Assembly: GCA_963777315.1 (NCBI GenBank)
Contig: CAVZQC010000004.1
Coordinates: forward strand, 448,001-512,000
From: Vulcanimicrobiota bacterium
GTDB lineage: Bacteria > Vulcanimicrobiota > Vulcanimicrobiia > Vulcanimicrobiales > Vulcanimicrobiaceae
DNA: 64,000 nucleotides
Direction of reading: 5' to 3'
Positions within the stretch are counted from its first letter, which is position 1. Each line of letters opens with the position of its first letter. The translations under genes were made by a program, and so were the position numbers. Positions 49,715-60,714 of this stretch are shown in pieces. A model generated the notes under the pieces. It was not told where the DNA came from, ran no database searches, and saw only the letters and a program-made list of their open reading frames with translations.

Positions 49715-50352
49715 GAACGAGCCCTTTCGCGCGGTTCGAGCGACGCCCTAAGCCGGTAGATGTGTGCGAGCAGCACCTCGGCATCCGTGACGTCCGGCGC
49801 TTGCTCCAACGTGGAACGGATCATGTCTTCGGCTTCGGCGCGCTTGTATTCCAGCTGCAGCAGCACGGCCAATGCTTCTGCGGCGAAATCCGGAATGCCG
49901 CTCGGCGGCGCGGGCTGCGCCTGCTGGATCAGCAAGAACTTCGTCACCTTCCCCTGCAGTTTGGCGACGATGTCGCGGGCCTTCTGCTGCCCGATGCCCG
50001 GAAGGGTTTTAAGGAATCCGTGATCGCCGCGATCGATGGCGCCGGCAATACGCGCCATCGGTTGCGAAAAGGCGCGAGCGGCCGAACGGGGACCGATGCT
50101 CGCCACGCTGATCAACGCTTGAAAAAACTCGCGTTCCACGGCATTGCCGAAGCCGAAAAACGTGTAGTGTCCGGTATTGCCGTCGATGTTGAGAACGCAG
50201 TAGATTTCGAGCGTGACGTCTTCGCCTTCGCGCGCCGTAATTTTTCCGGCAACGCACGGAGGCAAAACCACCTCGTACGAGAGCCCCTGCACGTCGAGCA
50301 CGACGCCGTCCTTCGTGCGCTCGACGAGCGTACCGCGGATGCGCGAGAACAC
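49711..50352 (-). CDS. ruvA: Holliday junction branch migration protein RuvA
   Basis: GTG start; HhH motifs VASIGPRSA and LPGIGQQKA; between ruvC and ruvB. Confidence 0.9.
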   Translation of the reverse strand: MFSRIRGTLVERTKDGVVLDVQGLSYEVVLPPCVAGKITAREGEDVTLEIYCVLNIDGNTGHYTFFGFGNAVEREFFQALISVASIGPRSAARAFSQPMARIAGAIDRGDHGFLKTLPGIGQQKARDIVAKLQGKVTKFLLIQQAQPAPPSGIPDFAAEALAVLLQLEYKRAEAEDMIRSTLEQAPDVTDAEVLLAHIYRLRASLEPRERARS

Positions 50353-50834
50353 TAATGCTGCATCCGGTTGTGAAATGCCAGCGCCAGTGCCAACGCGTCC
50401 GACACGTCGTTGGGTCGCGGCCGCCGGGAAAGTGCCAGCAACTGCGCGACCATCTTGCCGACTTGATCCTTGCCCGCCGCGCCCGAACCCGTGAGCGCGC
50501 GTTTGACGAGCGAATGCGCCAGCGTGCGCACCGGCACGTCGTGCTGCGCTCCGGCGAGGCATAAAACGCCGCGCGCGTGACCCATCATGATCGCGGTCAA
50601 AGGATTCTTGTACGTCGTATACAGCTCTTCGATGACGATGACGTTCGGACGGGTCGACGCAACGACCGCGCACACGCCGGCGTGCAGCTGGCAAAGCCGC
50701 TGCTCCAGCGATGCGCGGGCGTTCGGACAAACGATTCCGGCTTCGACCAGCCGCGCGCGCCCGTTGACGAATTCGACCGCTCCGTAGCCCGTCGTCCGAA
50801 GGCCCGGATCGATGCCCAGCACGCGTTCGGTCAC
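50352..50834 (-). CDS. ruvC: Crossover junction endodeoxyribonuclease RuvC
   Basis: LGIDPG, IEE, ARGV, DVSDALALA. Confidence 0.95.
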   Translation of the reverse strand: MTERVLGIDPGLRTTGYGAVEFVNGRARLVEAGIVCPNARASLEQRLCQLHAGVCAVVASTRPNVIVIEELYTTYKNPLTAIMMGHARGVLCLAGAQHDVPVRTLAHSLVKRALTGSGAAGKDQVGKMVAQLLALSRRPRPNDVSDALALALAFHNRMQH

Positions 50835-52904
50835 GGTTGCTGCGGCTGCGCGCTCGCGCTGTTGACGTAGATGTTGACCGGCGTTCCGGGATTGGCTTGC
50901 GTGCCCGCTTCAGGTTCGGTTCGCACGACCTTTCCATCGAATCCTTCGGTCGTCGGCGTCACGTTGCCGAGTTGGTACCCGAAGTTGAGCAGCGTCTTCT
51001 TCGCGTCGTCGAGCGTCATGCCGCCGGTGTCCGGAACGTAGCCGGTGACGGAAATCCAGAGCTGGATTTGCGATCCCTTTTCGGCCGTCGTTCCGCCCTG
51101 CGGCTGCTCGTTGACGATCGTGCCGTTGTCCGGGCCGGGCGGGTTTTGCGCGTACGTCACGCCGACGTGAAAGCCCGCTGCCGTCAGCGCCTGCTGCCCG
51201 CTCACGAAATCTTGTCCGCGCACGTCGGGGACTTGGCCCAAACCGCCGCCTTTGCTCACGACGACGTAGATCGTGCCTCCCGCGTCGATGGTCTTGCCCG
51301 GTGCAACGTTCTGCGATGCAATGACGTTCGCGGGCACGTTCCCGATCGGCGCTTCTTCACTCACGTTCACGGTGAACCCGAGCTTGGCTGCGAGTGCTTG
51401 CGCTTGATCCAGCGTCTTGCCGGCTAGGTTGGGAACTTTTATCGGTGCGGGACCGTCGGACACCAGCAAAGTCACCGTGGATCCCAGGCGCAACTTGCTG
51501 CCGGGCGCGGGCGTTTCGCTCAGCACCGTGTCTTTCGCCGACGCATCGTACTTGCGATCGATCTTGACTTGCAAACCGTCCGATAGCAGATCCTTTTGCG
51601 CGTCGGCGCGCATGTATCCCGTTACGTCGCGCAGACCGATCGTCGGTTTGCCGCTGCTGACCACCAGTCTGTATCGTCGTTTCCCGGTTGACGGGCGTAT
51701 TGGGCGGCGGATCCTGACTGACGACGTGGTTGGCCGGGATCGAATCGCTGGTTACGCGCGTGATTTTATATGAAAGACCGGCGTTGACTATAGCCTGCTG
51801 GGCTCGAGCGTCGCTCATGCGCACGTAGTTGCCCGTTGTGATTTTAGGTGCCGGGGCAAGCGGCCGCGTCGCAAAATATCCCGCAGCTGCGGCGATCGCG
51901 AGCGCAACGAGCAGCAGGACCGCCAGCGTGCCCCACCAATTGCGGCGCGGCGCCGGCTCCACTTGCGTTTCAACGCGTCGATCGGGAAGCGGCGAGGGCC
52001 TGGGCGGCGGCTGCGGCACGATCGCAACGGCCTGCGTAGCCGAGTCGTCGCGCGCCGGGAACGCGGCAACGCTTGGACGCTCGCGCGCTTCCCGGAGCGC
52101 CGACGCAACTTCGCTTGCGGACGAAAACCGGTTTCCCGGCTGTTTTTGCAGCAGTTTGTTGACGATGGCCGCGAGCGCCGGGCTTACGCCGGTCTGGGCG
52201 GGATCGATGGCCGGCACCGGCTCGGACACGTGCTTGAGGGCGACGGTTACGGGCGAAGCTCCGGTGTACGGCAACGCGCCCGCGAGCATTTGATACAGCA
52301 CGACACCCACGCTGTACAGATCCGAAGTCTCGTGCAGCTCGAGCCCTTGCGCCTGCTCGGGCGAAAGATAGTACACGCTTCCCATAACCAGACCCGGACG
52401 CGTCATAGCCATCGTCTGTTGCGACATTGCGCGCGCGATACCGAAGTCGGAGAGCTTGACGACGTCGTCTTTGGTCAGCAGAATGTTGGCCGGCTTGATG
52501 TCGCGGTGGAGCAGGCCTTGACGATGCGCATAGGCCAGCCCGTTGCAAATCTGCGCGGCGTAATCGATCGCCACGGGTTCGGGCAGTTTTCCGTCCGCGG
52601 CGATGATTTCGGCCAGCGAAGGCCCGTCGACCAGTTCCATCACGATGTAATACGTGTCGCCTTCTCGTCCGACGTCGTACGTGTTGACGATGTTCGGATG
52701 CGAAAGGCGCGCCGCCGATTCGGCTTCCTGGTAAAACCGGCGCACGAACTCTTCATCGCCGGCATACTGTTCGCGCAGCACTTTGACGGCGACGCGGCGG
52801 CGCAGCAGCGTGTCCGTGCCGCAATACACCGTTGCCATTCCGCCTTCACCCAGCTTGGTATCCAGCCGGTAGCGGTTATTGAAGATGTGCTGCTCTTCGA
52901 TCAC
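50831..52904 (-). CDS. PASTA-domain Ser/Thr kinase (PknB/PrkC), frameshifted at about 51668
   Basis: GEGGMATVY, HRDIKPAN, DFGIA, TM helix, then PASTA repeats continuing in a second frame. Confidence 0.92.
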
Positions 52905-54314
52905 AACGGCGCTCCGCTCCGGCTCAATGCAACACGTACGACGTCACGCGCAATCGGTGCCGCCACCGCCGCGCCGTATCCGGCGTTCTCAACGATGACG
53001 GCCACGGCGATTCGAGGATTTGCCGCCGGAGCAAAGCACACGAACCACGAGTGCGGCCCTCCGAACGGATTCGTCGCCGTACCGGTTTTGCCGGCGATGC
53101 TCACGTCGGCAAGGCGTGCCGACGTGCCGGTACCGCGCTGTACGACCGCGATCATCATGTTCTTCACTTGCTCGGCGGTCTCCGCCGAAATCGGCGCGGC
53201 GAGCTCGCTCGCAGCGTACGTGCTCGCCAAACCGCCGGGCGGACGCACTTCGCGTACGAGGTACGGCCGCGGCTCGATTCCGCCTTGCGCGATGGTCGCC
53301 GCCACCAGCGCCATGCGCAGCGGCGTGACTAAAAGGGCCCCTTGTCCGAATCCCATTTGCGCAAGTTCGCCCGGCACCACGGAGGCCGCCGGCGGAACGC
53401 GGTCGCGCGAAGCGGGCAGTTGGAAATCGAGCGATTGTCCTATTCCCCACCGTTGAATATACCGGTAAAACGTATCGACGCCCATCTTCAACGCAATTTG
53501 ACCGAAATCCACGTTGCTCGACAGCGCGAACGCGCCCGTCAGGTCCTGCGTTCCGGTTGCTTCACCCTCGTCGTCGTGCAGGGTGAAGTCGCCGATGGTG
53601 TAGTAGCCGGGATCGAAGAAGGTCGACTGCATCGTGACCGCGCCGCTGTCCAGCGCCGCCGACGCGGTGAATATCTTGAACGTCGAGCCCGGGGGATAAA
53701 GGCCGTTGATGGCGCGATCGAGCAGCGGGCTGGACTGATCGCGCACCAGCGACGGAAATTGCGCAGCTGAAAGCGTTGGGGTCGAAGCTGGGTACGCTGG
53801 CCAGCGCGAGCACCGCGCCCGTGCGCGGATCGATCGCCACGCCTGCCGCGCGCGAATGCTGCGCGAGCAAGGCGTAGAGCTCGTTTTGCACCGCCGGCTC
53901 GATCGTCGTGATGACGTCCGCGCCGCGCGATATCGTTTGCTTCGACTGCAGCGCCTGCACGATTTCGCCGATTTGCGCTACGGGATCGCCGGTGCTTTCG
54001 GGCGGCGTAAGTGCTCGATCGTACGCGTCTTCCAGACCGCTGGTACCGTAGCGAACGGAGACGTAACCCACGGTGTGGGCCAGCGACGGACCGGTCGGAT
54101 ACGTGCGCGCGTCGCCGATGGTTTGCGCGAGCACGGTGCCGTCCGAGGCCAGTATTCTTCCACGATGCGCCGCCGAGAGCGCGTGGCGCGGATTGTACGG
54201 GTTGGAAGCGATCGACGCGGCCGCCACGATCTGCACGTACGCTTGGCGCGCGATCAGCACCGCAAACAGCACGGCGAACACGGCGCCCAAACGCGCCGGC
54301 GTGTTATCGGTCAT
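52901..54314 (-). CDS. Class B penicillin-binding protein (PbpA-like), frameshifted at about 53765
   Basis: RGRILASDG, GAVLALASVPSFDPN; then PGSTFK, SSN, KTGT. Confidence 0.9.
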
Positions 54315-54330
54315 GCGGCTCGGGCGTGCG

Positions 54331-55037
54331 TCATCGTTCGCGCAGCAGCGAATAACCGTCGGCGGTTCGCACCGCCATGTGCGCTCGTGCGGGATCTTCG
54401 CTCAACACGACGTTCATCGCTCGCTGGGCCGCGGCGTCCGCAATTCCGGCTACCGCCAGCACCACGTCGGCTCCCACCTCTTCGAGCAGCGGCGGAGTGA
54501 CGTACGCGGGCGCGGGGACGGTTTCGAAATGCCGCGCTTCGTATGGACCGGTATGCCAGGGCCCGCGCTTGCCGAACACCAGACGATGGTAATCCCACGC
54601 GCACAACCGCCGATCGTTCCAGTTAAAATGATCGGCAACGCACAGACGCCGGCACATCTGGCACTGCGCGAGCAGCTCGGGCGGACGCGAAAGCGCATCG
54701 GAAACATCTTCGGGCACGTCTTCGATGTTGAGCACGCCGGAATCGTCCAATTGCGCCGGCGGTTCGACCCGCCAGTTGATGCGGGCGAGCAATTCGATGT
54801 CTCGCACCGGGGCGATGAACGCGCGCTCGTCGTCGGGCGGAAACGTTGCATCGATCCAGTCGAGCAACTCGCCCGGCGCCACGTTGACGTCTTGCCAGGT
54901 CTGCGCGAGCACGGCACCGATCGGCGTGTGCGCGATGGGAACCAAGTGCGCCGTCACGGTGTCGCTTTCGGCGCTCAGTCCGGTGACGAATGCAAGCGTA
55001 TTGGCGTTTCCGCCTAGAATGAACGCGCGCGGCGCGC
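54331..55037 (-). CDS. Hypothetical protein with Cys/His cluster (start uncertain)
   Basis: Protein-like frame filling the gap; CQMCRRLC...C...H. Confidence 0.6.
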
Positions 55038-58000
55038 CTAAATCCTGGCTTGAACGCACCGGTACTCTTGGAGCGTCCGCGGCGGCCCGGCCGTGACCTC
55101 GAGCGCTTCCGCCAGGGCGCCCGCCGTGTCCAGACTGGTCAAACACGCGATATTCGCTTCGACCGCGGCCCGGCGAATCTTGTAGTTGTCGGAAATCTCG
55201 CGTGCTCCCACCGCGTCGTTTATCACCAAATCGACGTCGCGCCGATGGATGACGTCTAAAACATGCGGCGAACCGTCGGAGATTTTGTTGATTTGCGCGC
55301 TCGGTATGCCCGCGGCCTCCAGGTACTCGCGCGTTCCGGGCGTTGCGATCAGACGGTGTCCGAGCGCGACGTACCGGCGCAGAAGCGCAATCGACTCCTG
55401 CTTCTCTTCATCCGCGATCGAGACCAGAATCGTGCCGCCTTGGCTGGGCAGACGCACCCCCGCCGCAACGAACCCTTTGCGCAGCGCGCCTCCGAACGTC
55501 CGATCGATTCCGAGTACTTCGCCGGTGGACTTCATCTCCGGTCCTAAAATCGTTTCCACACCGCGCATCTTGGCGAACGAAAAGACGGGGACTTTCACCA
55601 CGACGAACGGCGCGCGCGGCGACAGTCCGGTTCCGTACTCCATTTCGGCAAGGCGTTCACCCAGCGCGATCCGCGTGGCCGCCGCCACCAGATTTACGCC
55701 GGTCGCCTTTTGTATGATCGGAACGGTCCGGCTGGCGCGCGGGTTGGCTTCGATGATATAGAGGGCGTCCCGGTGGATGACGAACTGAATGTTGATGAGC
55801 CCGCGTATGTTCAGCTCGCGCGCAATTGCCGCCGTGACCTCGACGATCCGTTCTTCCATCGGTGCGGAAACGGTCTGCGTCGGATAGACGCTGATGGAAT
55901 CGCCGGAATGGATGCCGGCGCGTTCCACGTGTTCGAATATGCCGGGAATCAGGATGTCGCGGCCGTCGAACGCAGCGTCGACTTCAACTTCCAAGCCGCG
56001 CAGATACCTGTCCACCAGCAGCGGCGCGTCGGGCAGAATGGGCGGCGCGGACTCGGCGTATGATGCGAGCTGGCCTTCGTTGTAGACCACTTCCATTCCA
56101 CGGCCGCCCAGCACGTACGACGGCCGCACCAGCACCGGAAAGCCGAGCTCGCGCGCTATCGCGCGCGCTTCGCGAAAGGAACGCGCAGCCTTTCCTTGCG
56201 GGCGCGCGACGCCAAGGCGCGCAAGCGCAGCATCGAATTGCTCCCGATCTTCGGCCATGTCCACGCTGGCACGATCGCTTCCGATGATGTGCACGCCGCG
56301 GCGCGCCAGCTCGTCGGCTAAATTGATCGCGGTCTGGCCTCCGAAGGCAAGCATGACTCCGCGCGCTCGCGTCGACAAATACGCGGCCTGCACTTCGTCG
56401 GCGACGGGCGGTTCGAAGATCAGCGCGTCGGAAATATCGAAGTCGGTCGAAACCGTTTCGGGATTGTTGTTGACCACGACCGGCGAGCAGCCGGCACGGC
56501 GCAGCGCCCAGGCGGCATGAACGCACGAATAATCGAACTCTATGCCTTGTCCGATTCGAATCGGACCGCTGCCCACGACCACAACCGCATCGCGAGCGGT
56601 CGCCCGCATCTCATCGGATTCTCCACGGGAGATGTAATAATATGGCGACTTGGCGGGAAATTCGGCGGCTGCCGTGTCCACCATGCGGAATGCCGCTGCG
56701 TCGCTGCGCGCGCCGTTACTCGCGTTGTCGTCGCGCACGCGCGCCAGCGCGAAGGCGCTGGAATAGCCGCGCTGCAGTGCCGCCGCAGCGTCGGCGCGCG
56801 TAGGCGACGCGCGCAGCGTTTGTTCCAGCACCACCAGTTCGCGCAGTTCGTACAGCCAAAAGTTGTCGATGGCCGACGCCTGCGCGATCCGTTCCAACGC
56901 CTGTTCGTCGCGGCCGTGCGCCAGAGCGCGCCGCAAGGTTTCCGCAACGGCAAAAAGCCGCTCGTGGCTGGGCCTGCGGATGACGTTTTCCAGTTCGGCG
57001 TCGCTCCACTGCGCGAGCGGCGTGCCGGTGAGCGTTTCCCGCCGCAGGTCCAATCCGCGAACCGCTTTCATCAGTGCCGCTTGAAACGTGCGGCCGATTC
57101 CCATGGCTTCGCCGGTCGATTTCATCTGCGTTCCCAGAGACGTGTCCGCTAAAGGAAATTTATCAAACGGCCAGCGCGGAATCTTGACGACGACGTAGTC
57201 CAGCGCCGGCTCGTACGCCGCCTTGGTCACTCCGGTAACGGGGTTGGGAATTTCGTCGAGCGTCTGGCCCAGGGCGATGCGGGTGCTGATTTTCGCGATG
57301 GGATATCCGGTGGCTTTGCTGGCCAGCGCGGAACTGCGCGAAACGCGCGGATTCACTTCGATGATGCGATACTCGCTGCGCTGAGGATGAAGCGCGAACT
57401 GGATGTTGCACCCGCCTTGCACGTTGAGCGCGCGAATCACCTTCAGGCTGGACGTGCGCAGCATTTGGTAATCGAGATCCGACAGCGTCTGCGAAGGAGC
57501 AACGACGATCGAGTCGCCGGTGTGAACGCCGACCGGGTCCAGGTTCTCCATGTTGCACACGATGATGCACGTGTTTGCGCGGTCGCGCAGAACCTCGTAT
57601 TCGATTTCCTTCCATCCCAGCAGCGACGTCTCGAGCAACGCTTGGTGAATCAAGCTCGCCGACAGTCCGCTTTCGAGCGTCTCGATCAGCTCGCGCTCGT
57701 CGCGCACCACGCCGCCGCCCGTCCCGCCCAGCGTGTATGCAGGACGTACGACGAGCGGATACCCGTGCACGCGCGCGAATGCGACGCCTTGGTCGGGGTG
57801 CGTGACGATCGCGCTTTCGGCCACCGGCTCGCCGATCTCGATCATCTTGGCCTTGAAGAGCTGCCGATCTTCGGCGAGTTTAATCGTTTCGACCGGCGTC
57901 CCCAACAGCTCGACGCCGAATCGTTCGAGCACTCCGGCATCGTGCAGTTCCACGGCCAGGTTGAGCGCGGTTTGTCCGCCCAGAGTGGGCAGGAGCGCAT

Positions 58001-58238
58001 CGGGACGCTCGCGTTCGATGATGCCGACGATCGAAGCGGGCGCGAGCGGTTCCAAATACACCGCGTCGGCGATCTCCGGATCGGTCATAATCGTGGCCGG
58101 ATTGGAGTTGACGAGGACCACGCGATGCCCCTCGTCGCGCAGAGCTCTGCACGCTTGCACGCCGGCGTAATCGAACTCCGCGGCCTGGCCGATGACGATC
58201 GGTCCGGAGCCGATGACGAGAACGTTGCGCTGGGGCAT
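55038..58238 (-). CDS. carB: Carbamoyl-phosphate synthase large subunit
   Basis: IGSGPIVIGQAAEFDY, two ATP-grasp halves, IEVNPRVSRSS, C-terminal MGS domain. Confidence 0.97.
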   Translation of the reverse strand: MPQRNVLVIGSGPIVIGQAAEFDYAGVQACRALRDEGHRVVLVNSNPATIMTDPEIADAVYLEPLAPASIVGIIERERPDALLPTLGGQTALNLAVELHDAGVLERFGVELLGTPVETIKLAEDRQLFKAKMIEIGEPVAESAIVTHPDQGVAFARVHGYPLVVRPAYTLGGTGGGVVRDERELIETLESGLSASLIHQALLETSLLGWKEIEYEVLRDRANTCIIVCNMENLDPVGVHTGDSIVVAPSQTLSDLDYQMLRTSSLKVIRALNVQGGCNIQFALHPQRSEYRIIEVNPRVSRSSALASKATGYPIAKISTRIALGQTLDEIPNPVTGVTKAAYEPALDYVVVKIPRWPFDKFPLADTSLGTQMKSTGEAMGIGRTFQAALMKAVRGLDLRRETLTGTPLAQWSDAELENVIRRPSHERLFAVAETLRRALAHGRDEQALERIAQASAIDNFWLYELRELVVLEQTLRASPTRADAAAALQRGYSSAFALARVRDDNASNGARSDAAAFRMVDTAAAEFPAKSPYYYISRGESDEMRATARDAVVVVGSGPIRIGQGIEFDYSCVHAAWALRRAGCSPVVVNNNPETVSTDFDISDALIFEPPVADEVQAAYLSTRARGVMLAFGGQTAINLADELARRGVHIIGSDRASVDMAEDREQFDAALARLGVARPQGKAARSFREARAIARELGFPVLVRPSYVLGGRGMEVVYNEGQLASYAESAPPILPDAPLLVDRYLRGLEVEVDAAFDGRDILIPGIFEHVERAGIHSGDSISVYPTQTVSAPMEERIVEVTAAIARELNIRGLINIQFVIHRDALYIIEANPRASRTVPIIQKATGVNLVAAATRIALGERLAEMEYGTGLSPRAPFVVVKVPVFSFAKMRGVETILGPEMKSTGEVLGIDRTFGGALRKGFVAAGVRLPSQGGTILVSIADEEKQESIALLRRYVALGHRLIATPGTREYLEAAGIPSAQINKISDGSPHVLDVIHRRDVDLVINDAVGAREISDNYKIRRAAVEANIACLTSLDTAGALAEALEVTAGPPRTLQEYRCVQARI

Positions 58239-58291
58239 GTCGTAAGGCCCGTGGTTAGCCGGGAGCGGTCAAACCCCTGGCCTGTAAGCCG

Positions 58292-59185
58292 TCAAGCCGA
58301 AGCGGCTTCGATTAGCCGGCGAAGCGTTGCGGGAGGTTCGATTCCCTCGGCTTCATTCAGGCGCTGTGCGTACAGGCGGAATTCCATCAGCGCCGACGCC
58401 CGATCGCCAAGCGCCAAAAAAGCACGCAACGTCAGCTCGCTCGCGGCTTCGTCCAGTGCGTTGAGCGCAGTGAGCCGGCGCGCCACGTCCAGCGCGAGAG
58501 CGGTGTTGCGCGCGTGCAGCGCGCGCTGGCCGACGTACAGTCCGATCTCGCGCGCCGCCCGCTGCAAGAACTGCTCGGTCGGTGCAAACCACTGCCAGTC
58601 GGCGAATATCGCGGGCCGCCCTTTGACGAGCTCTTCGAACATGTCCGCGAGCCGGTTCTCCAACGCTTTTGGAATGGTGCGCGCGCGAACCGCGCGAAGC
58701 GTCTGCGGCAAAAACCGAATGTCCACGATCACGTCCTGCGCCAAACGGTATCCGCGCTGCGTCGTCTCGATGAACTCCGGTCCCGTCAGCTGCGCGCGCG
58801 CACGGTGCACCGCCATCTTGAGCGCATTATACGCTTGATCGCCGGGAGTTTGCGGATACAGCCGCGCGCACAGCGTTTCAGTGGAAACTTCGTGCGGCTC
58901 GACGGCAAGCGCGACCAGCAGCGCAAGCGTTATGCCGCGCGGATGCACCTGCACCCCTCGCTGATACACCGTGCCGGTCGCGACGTTGACCTGAATGCCT
59001 CCCGCCGGCTGCGCTCCGGCATCGCGCCGCTCGACGTCGAATTCGATCGCGGCGGCAATCGCTTCGCGTGCCGCTTGCAGCGCTCGTTCTTCGGTAGAAC
59101 CGTACGCATGGATGGACGGGATCGCCGGCACTCGAACGTTGAAACCTCCGGCTTGCGCCGGCTGAACGACGATTTGATACCTCAC
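58292..59185 (-). CDS. Putative regulator: HicB-like N-domain + winged helix + BTAD-like domain
   Basis: YQIVV...GGFNVRVPAIP...GSTEERALQAAREAI; LCARLYP...ALKMAVHRARAQL...IETTQRGYRL; DEAASELTLRA...GDRASAL...GIEPP. Confidence 0.75.
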   Translation of the reverse strand: MRYQIVVQPAQAGGFNVRVPAIPSIHAYGSTEERALQAAREAIAAAIEFDVERRDAGAQPAGGIQVNVATGTVYQRGVQVHPRGITLALLVALAVEPHEVSTETLCARLYPQTPGDQAYNALKMAVHRARAQLTGPEFIETTQRGYRLAQDVIVDIRFLPQTLRAVRARTIPKALENRLADMFEELVKGRPAIFADWQWFAPTEQFLQRAAREIGLYVGQRALHARNTALALDVARRLTALNALDEAASELTLRAFLALGDRASALMEFRLYAQRLNEAEGIEPPATLRRLIEAASA

Positions 59186-59824
59186 GGCTGCAGCCGGTGA
59201 ACGATCCAAGCGCCGTCCCTGCGCACGAACTCCAGCCGGTCGTGCATGCGGTTGGGACGCCCCTGCCAAAACTCGAACCGATGCGGCGCTATCACGTAGC
59301 CGCCCCAGGAATGCGGACGCGGCACCCGTTCGCCCGCAAAACGCTCGGCATAGTCGATTACGCGCCGGTCGAGCGTTTCGCGGTCATCGACGATCTCGCT
59401 CTGCTCGGAAGCCCACGCGCCGATTTGATGTCCCGGCGGGCGCGTTGCAAAGTAGACATCCGATTCATCCTCGGGCAGCCGATCGGCACGGCCTTCCACG
59501 CGCACTTGCCGCTCGAGCTGCGCCCAATAGAACACCGCCGCTGCAGCGGGATTGGCCGCCAGTTCGCGCCCCTTGCGGCTAAAATAACTCGTAAAGAACA
59601 CCAAGCCGCGTTCGTCCAGCCCGCGCAGCAGCACGATTCGCGCACTGGGCTTGCCGTCGATCGCGGTACACACGCACATCGCGTTCGCCTCGAGCAGCGC
59701 AGCTTCGTGCGCCTGCGCCAGCCAGCGCTGCAGCTGCTCGACGGGATCCGGCAAGATCGTCGCTTCACGCAACTCCGAACGCTCGTAGCTGCGTCTGACG
59801 GCAGCTGAGATCGACTTTGTCCAT
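59182..59824 (-). CDS. pdxH: Pyridoxamine 5'-phosphate oxidase (as sequenced, in frame with the upstream VWA gene)
   Basis: RRSY, PSARIVLL, SRKG, RQVRVEG, WGGY, EFWQGRPNRMHDR, RLQP. Confidence 0.92.
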
Positions 59825-60714
59825 AGCAACGTCAACACCATCAAAACGGCTCCGGCCGCGGCAGTCTCGAGCGATACGTCCAGCAGTCCTCGCCGCCAGG
59901 ATGTTGTTCGGCCAAGCCGCGCGAGCGCCTCGTGCAATTGCGTTGCATCGCCGGCGCGGCTGTACGCGCCGCCGGTGGCCAGCGCGTACGAGCGCAGCGC
60001 GTCCTCGTCGATGCCCGCGGGCTGAAGCGTGCCCGGAATCAGCGCGCCGCCGTTCGTTCCGATGCCGACCGTAAACAGCGTGATGCGCCGGCTCGCGAGT
60101 TGCTTGGCCGCCTGCATGGGATCGCTGCCGCGATTGTCTTCTCCGTCCGTGATCAGCACCACGACGCGGTGTCCGGTTGATGGGAGCATGCGCCGTGCGA
60201 GCACGAGCGCGTCACCGATCGCCGTAGCACCGTTCGGCGCGGGGATCTCGTCCAGGGCCGCTCGAACGCGATCGCGATCGCGATCCGGCGCTGCGATCTC
60301 TTGCGCCTGTCCTGCAAATGACACGATGCCGACGGCAGTCCCCGCGGGCGCACCATCGATAAACGCGCGCATGGCCGCAAGTGCCGCCGCCGCGCGCGAC
60401 GGCCGCACGTCGCCGGCCGCCATCGAACCCGACGTGTCGACGCACAGCACGACCGCGCCGCCGCGAACCGGAACCGCGGCATGGACTCGCGGGCCTGCAA
60501 ACGCCAGTGCGACAAGCGCCACGGCGCAAATCCACGCCGCGGCTACCAGCGCATGCGGCCACGCTCGCGGTCTCGCACCTTCGACGAAAAACGCCAGGTT
60601 GGAATACCGCAACGCGGTTCGCGTCGCGCGCCGTTGCGCAAAGACGTACGAGGCGCCGAACGCCGCGGCGATCAGCACGGCGAATACGATCGCTTGCGGA
60701 TGCGCGAAGGTCAT
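59825..60714 (-). CDS. VWA-domain membrane protein (BatA-like); 3' end unresolved
   Basis: N-terminal TM/BatA segment, MIDAS DTSGS...T...ITDG, C-terminal TM. Confidence 0.85.
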
